From Antedon mediterranea (Eukaryota > Animalia > Echinodermata): a DNA stretch of 64,000 nt. Below are positions 61,033-64,000 of this stretch, piece by piece. The stretch covers positions 3,054,422 to 3,118,421 of the forward strand of contig NC_092678.1 in the NCBI RefSeq assembly GCF_964355755.1. Reading direction: 5' to 3'. Numbering within the stretch: the stretch's first letter is position 1; the number at the start of each line of letters is the position of its first letter. The position numbers were made by a program, and so were the translations under genes. The notes under the pieces are model-generated. The model searched no databases and was not told the origin of the DNA. It saw only the letters and a list, made by a program, of their open reading frames with translations.

Positions 61033-63313
61033 ATGATGGCAGCATTGGAAGAAGAAGTTACAAGACCAAAATGCACCAGCATTAAGTGGGAAACACTCCC
61101 TCCTATGAGAACAAAAAGAACGTTCTCATCAGCTGCCATTGTCAACAACCAACTGTATGTCCTTGGCGGCTGTGATAAAGATGGCCAACCTTTGGACACT
61201 TTCGAATCGCTCAACCTTACCAAGAAAAAGAAATGGCAAAGTTTGTTGAATCTTTCCTGCAGCAGAGCACAGCCAGCAGTGGTCACAGTCAACAATAAAA
61301 TCTACGTGATTGGTGGCGTGTCCTCCAATCAGAGCCCTCTTGATAACATGGATGCATACGACATTGAGAAGAAAACCTGGACGTCACTAAAGTCTCTTGA
61401 AGAGAAACTGATGGGAGTAGCAACGTGTGTCCATAGTAAGTCTACAGTAGGTTTTGAATAATCAAAATTTAAATTTGTGCTGCATTTAAAGACTACGTTA
61501 TTTACAGGATTTTTACATATTTACTATTTATATTAATAATATATTTGGAACACGTTACCATTTTCTGTTCATAATTCACCAAATCTACTTTCCTTTTAAA
61601 AAACAAACTTAAAAACACACCTTTTCAGAACTTTTGTTGGCCTTGCTTTATTCTCACACAGAGCCTTTGACAATTTTTAAAATATTTCTGTTTTATCATT
61701 ACTGTATTAATAAATATTAAAATTGTGAAATTGCTATCATTCATAGTATCATATTTTCTTTTTTTATTAGAAAATAATATAATCGTAATTGGAGGAATGA
61801 AGTCCAACACCGAACCCAGTGAGAAGTGCCGTGTCTATAACACTGAAAAGAATCTATGGCAGACCCTGCCAGACATGCCTACTCCACGCTATGCTGCATT
61901 TGCTCATCTAATAGGTGACAAACTATATGTCTTTGGTAAGTGCCATCAATAATAGGGAGGAAACCTTCAATTTGCGACAAACGATGATCTACTACCTACG
62001 AATTGATGAGTTTTTATTTTATGTCTGGACCTAAAAACCATCAAAACTGCGTTGAGTGAGTAGGAAAGCGCCTTCCAACTTCGCATGAATTAACATGACT
62101 GTAGCAAAACGAAAGCTTTGTAATATTACATAGTAATGGTTACTGTGGTTGCGTTCTGAGTTTTAATTTATTTATGTCATTTTTCTTTTGATAAAGGAGG
62201 AAGAAAAGGCAAGACAGCCTGTACTGTTGTAGAAATGCTAAACCTTGCAGAAAAACCAACGCCATCGTGGCTGAAACTTGCGGACATCCCCCAGCCAAGA
62301 GTCTTCCCATCATACACTGCAACCGACACCCATGTATACTCGTATGGTGGACTCCAACAGGATCCTATGCAATTTGTTGGCACGTTTGAGGCTTATGATA
62401 TTGAAAAAGGTGAAAAGCAAAAACACCCTACAGCATAGTTTCATATTTTTTATTTCCACAACATCATCAAATTGAAAGTTATCATTCTTAAAATCATCAT
62501 TATTTTCAGCTATATTATTTTCATCATTATCTTTAGCTATAATTTTATTATCATTATAATCATCATCATTGTCATCATCATCATTGTCATCATCATTATC
62601 ATTATCATCATCATCATCATCATCATCATTATCATCATTATCATTATCATCATCATCTTTATCATCATTATCATTATCATCATCACTATAATCATCATCT
62701 TATTCAAATTGCAGTATGTTATCATAATTGTAATTGATTGAAGTTTGTAAGTCAGATTGTTTTGTGTTACCATTTCATCATTTATCAAAATCATCATCGC
62801 ATTATGTATATAGGGGAATGGAGTAAATTGGAGGATATGCCTAGTAGACATGGAGACTTTGCTGGAGGTATGGTATCTGGTCTGGTCATTGCATCTGGGG
62901 GACTAGGTAGGTTGTTTTTTCATTTTAGTTGGAGCCTGGTGGAAAAAAGGGTTGGGGTAAAATCATGATAGTGTGTATTTTGTCACAGCCAAGAGAAAAG
63001 GTCATGGTTTAGCACTCCTAAGCGCTCATAATCGTTATTCCACTGCACACACTAGCATTCATTTGATGAATTCATGTTGTATGGTACCCATTACTTATCT
63101 TTAATTTATATATATTTCACAGGACCACAGAAAAAGCCATTTCAAGACACTAATGTATACAATCCTGCAACTGGAGTCTGGGAGGTCGGACCTGAGTGTC
63201 CCTCAGGTCGAAGTTCAGCTACCACCTTAAAAAATGAAGATAAGTTATACGTCATTGGCGGCTTTTCACCTAAAGGCCTTACTTCTGAAATATTTATTTT
63301 AAAACCAGCCTAG
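61033..63313 (+). CDS. KLHDC8: Kelch domain-containing protein 8 (KLHDC8A/B)-like; exons 61033-61435, 61771-61935, 62197-62409, 62814-62906, 63123-63313
   Basis: Kelch-only protein: WETLPPMRTKRTFSS..LYVLGGCDKDGQPLDTFE, IYVIGG, WQTLPDMPTPRY, GGRKGK, HGDFAGG..VIASGGLG, LYVIGG. Phases are consistent. Confidence 0.85.
62480..62735. repeat. Imperfect (ATC/ATT)n microsatellite, intronic
   Basis: Long ATCATCATT runs; these explain the poly-Ile and poly-Met ORFs. Confidence 0.95.
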
Positions 63314-63396
63314 ACTAATATCAGTCAATTTTTGTTTTGCTTTGTGTGTGTTTTTTTTTTTCTGTGTTGTATAATAATAGTAATAATTCTATTATT

Positions 63397-63530
63397 ATTA
63401 CAATGTGTATTACAATGTGTATTACAATGTGTATTACAATGTGTATTACAATGTGTATTACAATGTGTATTACAATGTGTATTACAATGTGTATTACAAC
63501 GTGTATTACAATGTGTATTACAATGTGTAT
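63397..63530. repeat. 12-bp tandem repeat (ATTACAATGTGT) x ~11 in the probable 3'UTR
   Basis: Directly visible; one unit carries a T>C change. Confidence 0.95.
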
Positions 63531-64000
63531 AATTCTTCACTTGCTGATTTTATTACATTGCCTCTATTTTGTTACTATTTATTTTTTAAATCTTTGTACA
63601 GTTTCTACATCATTTTGTATGCACAACATTTGTTATACTTTACAAGAGGCTTTCATGCATTTAACACCTCATCTTGCTTTTACTATTTGTCCTATATTTA
63701 TACAGGTACTACAGTTTTATATTTTTAATTAACATTTTTATATAACAACACCTAATTAGTTTTAGCGAATTAGTTTAGAGAATACTGTATGTTGTGAAAT
63801 AGGATAAGTGCTCTGTTACTGTATAATGCGACATCAAATGCCGAAATAGATTTTAACAATCTGTGCATCTATTAATCAATCAATCATAAAATATTTAAAC
63901 AGGGTGTTTTTCTTGGGTCAGAGGTTACAATAGTAGGTGCACTTTTTAATAGTAACATAGATTTTAGGTAGAACATCCACTAGATTTTAACTTTAAAACA

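Noticed and set aside
62472-63732. Poly-Ile/Met and CNTH/VLQC/ITMC/YYNV repeat ORFs
   Set aside because: These are translations of the ATC/ATT microsatellite and the 12-bp tandem repeat.

Overview
AT-rich animal genomic DNA with short GT/GC-AG introns, probably a marine invertebrate deuterostome such as an echinoderm (inferred from gene content and TAGGCCTA-rich tracts; not proven). In order: 3' end of a trypsin-type protease; an intronless class A GPCR; a glyoxylate/hydroxypyruvate-reductase-like gene; EFCC1-like; a ~20 kb (about 10.5-30.7 kb) non-genic patchwork of BEL/Pao retrotransposon, HECT-ligase and OB-fold fragments, amplified in tandem with a 6152-bp period and carrying a mini LTR element plus a recombinant solo LTR; a tRNA-type SINE; LIN37 head-to-head with RRP9; a secreted CUB-CUB-Ig-Ig-serine protease head-to-head with five tandem intronless GPCRs that have unusual motifs (His at 3.43, no W6.48, no C3.25, almost no ECL2); QNG1 with two GC-AG introns; an orphan 504-aa ORF; and KLHDC8-like. 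The best candidates for something undescribed are the MASP-like protease architecture with its adjacent atypical GPCR cluster, and the tandemly amplified TE/gene mosaic. All exon models and family calls were made by eye, without database searches.
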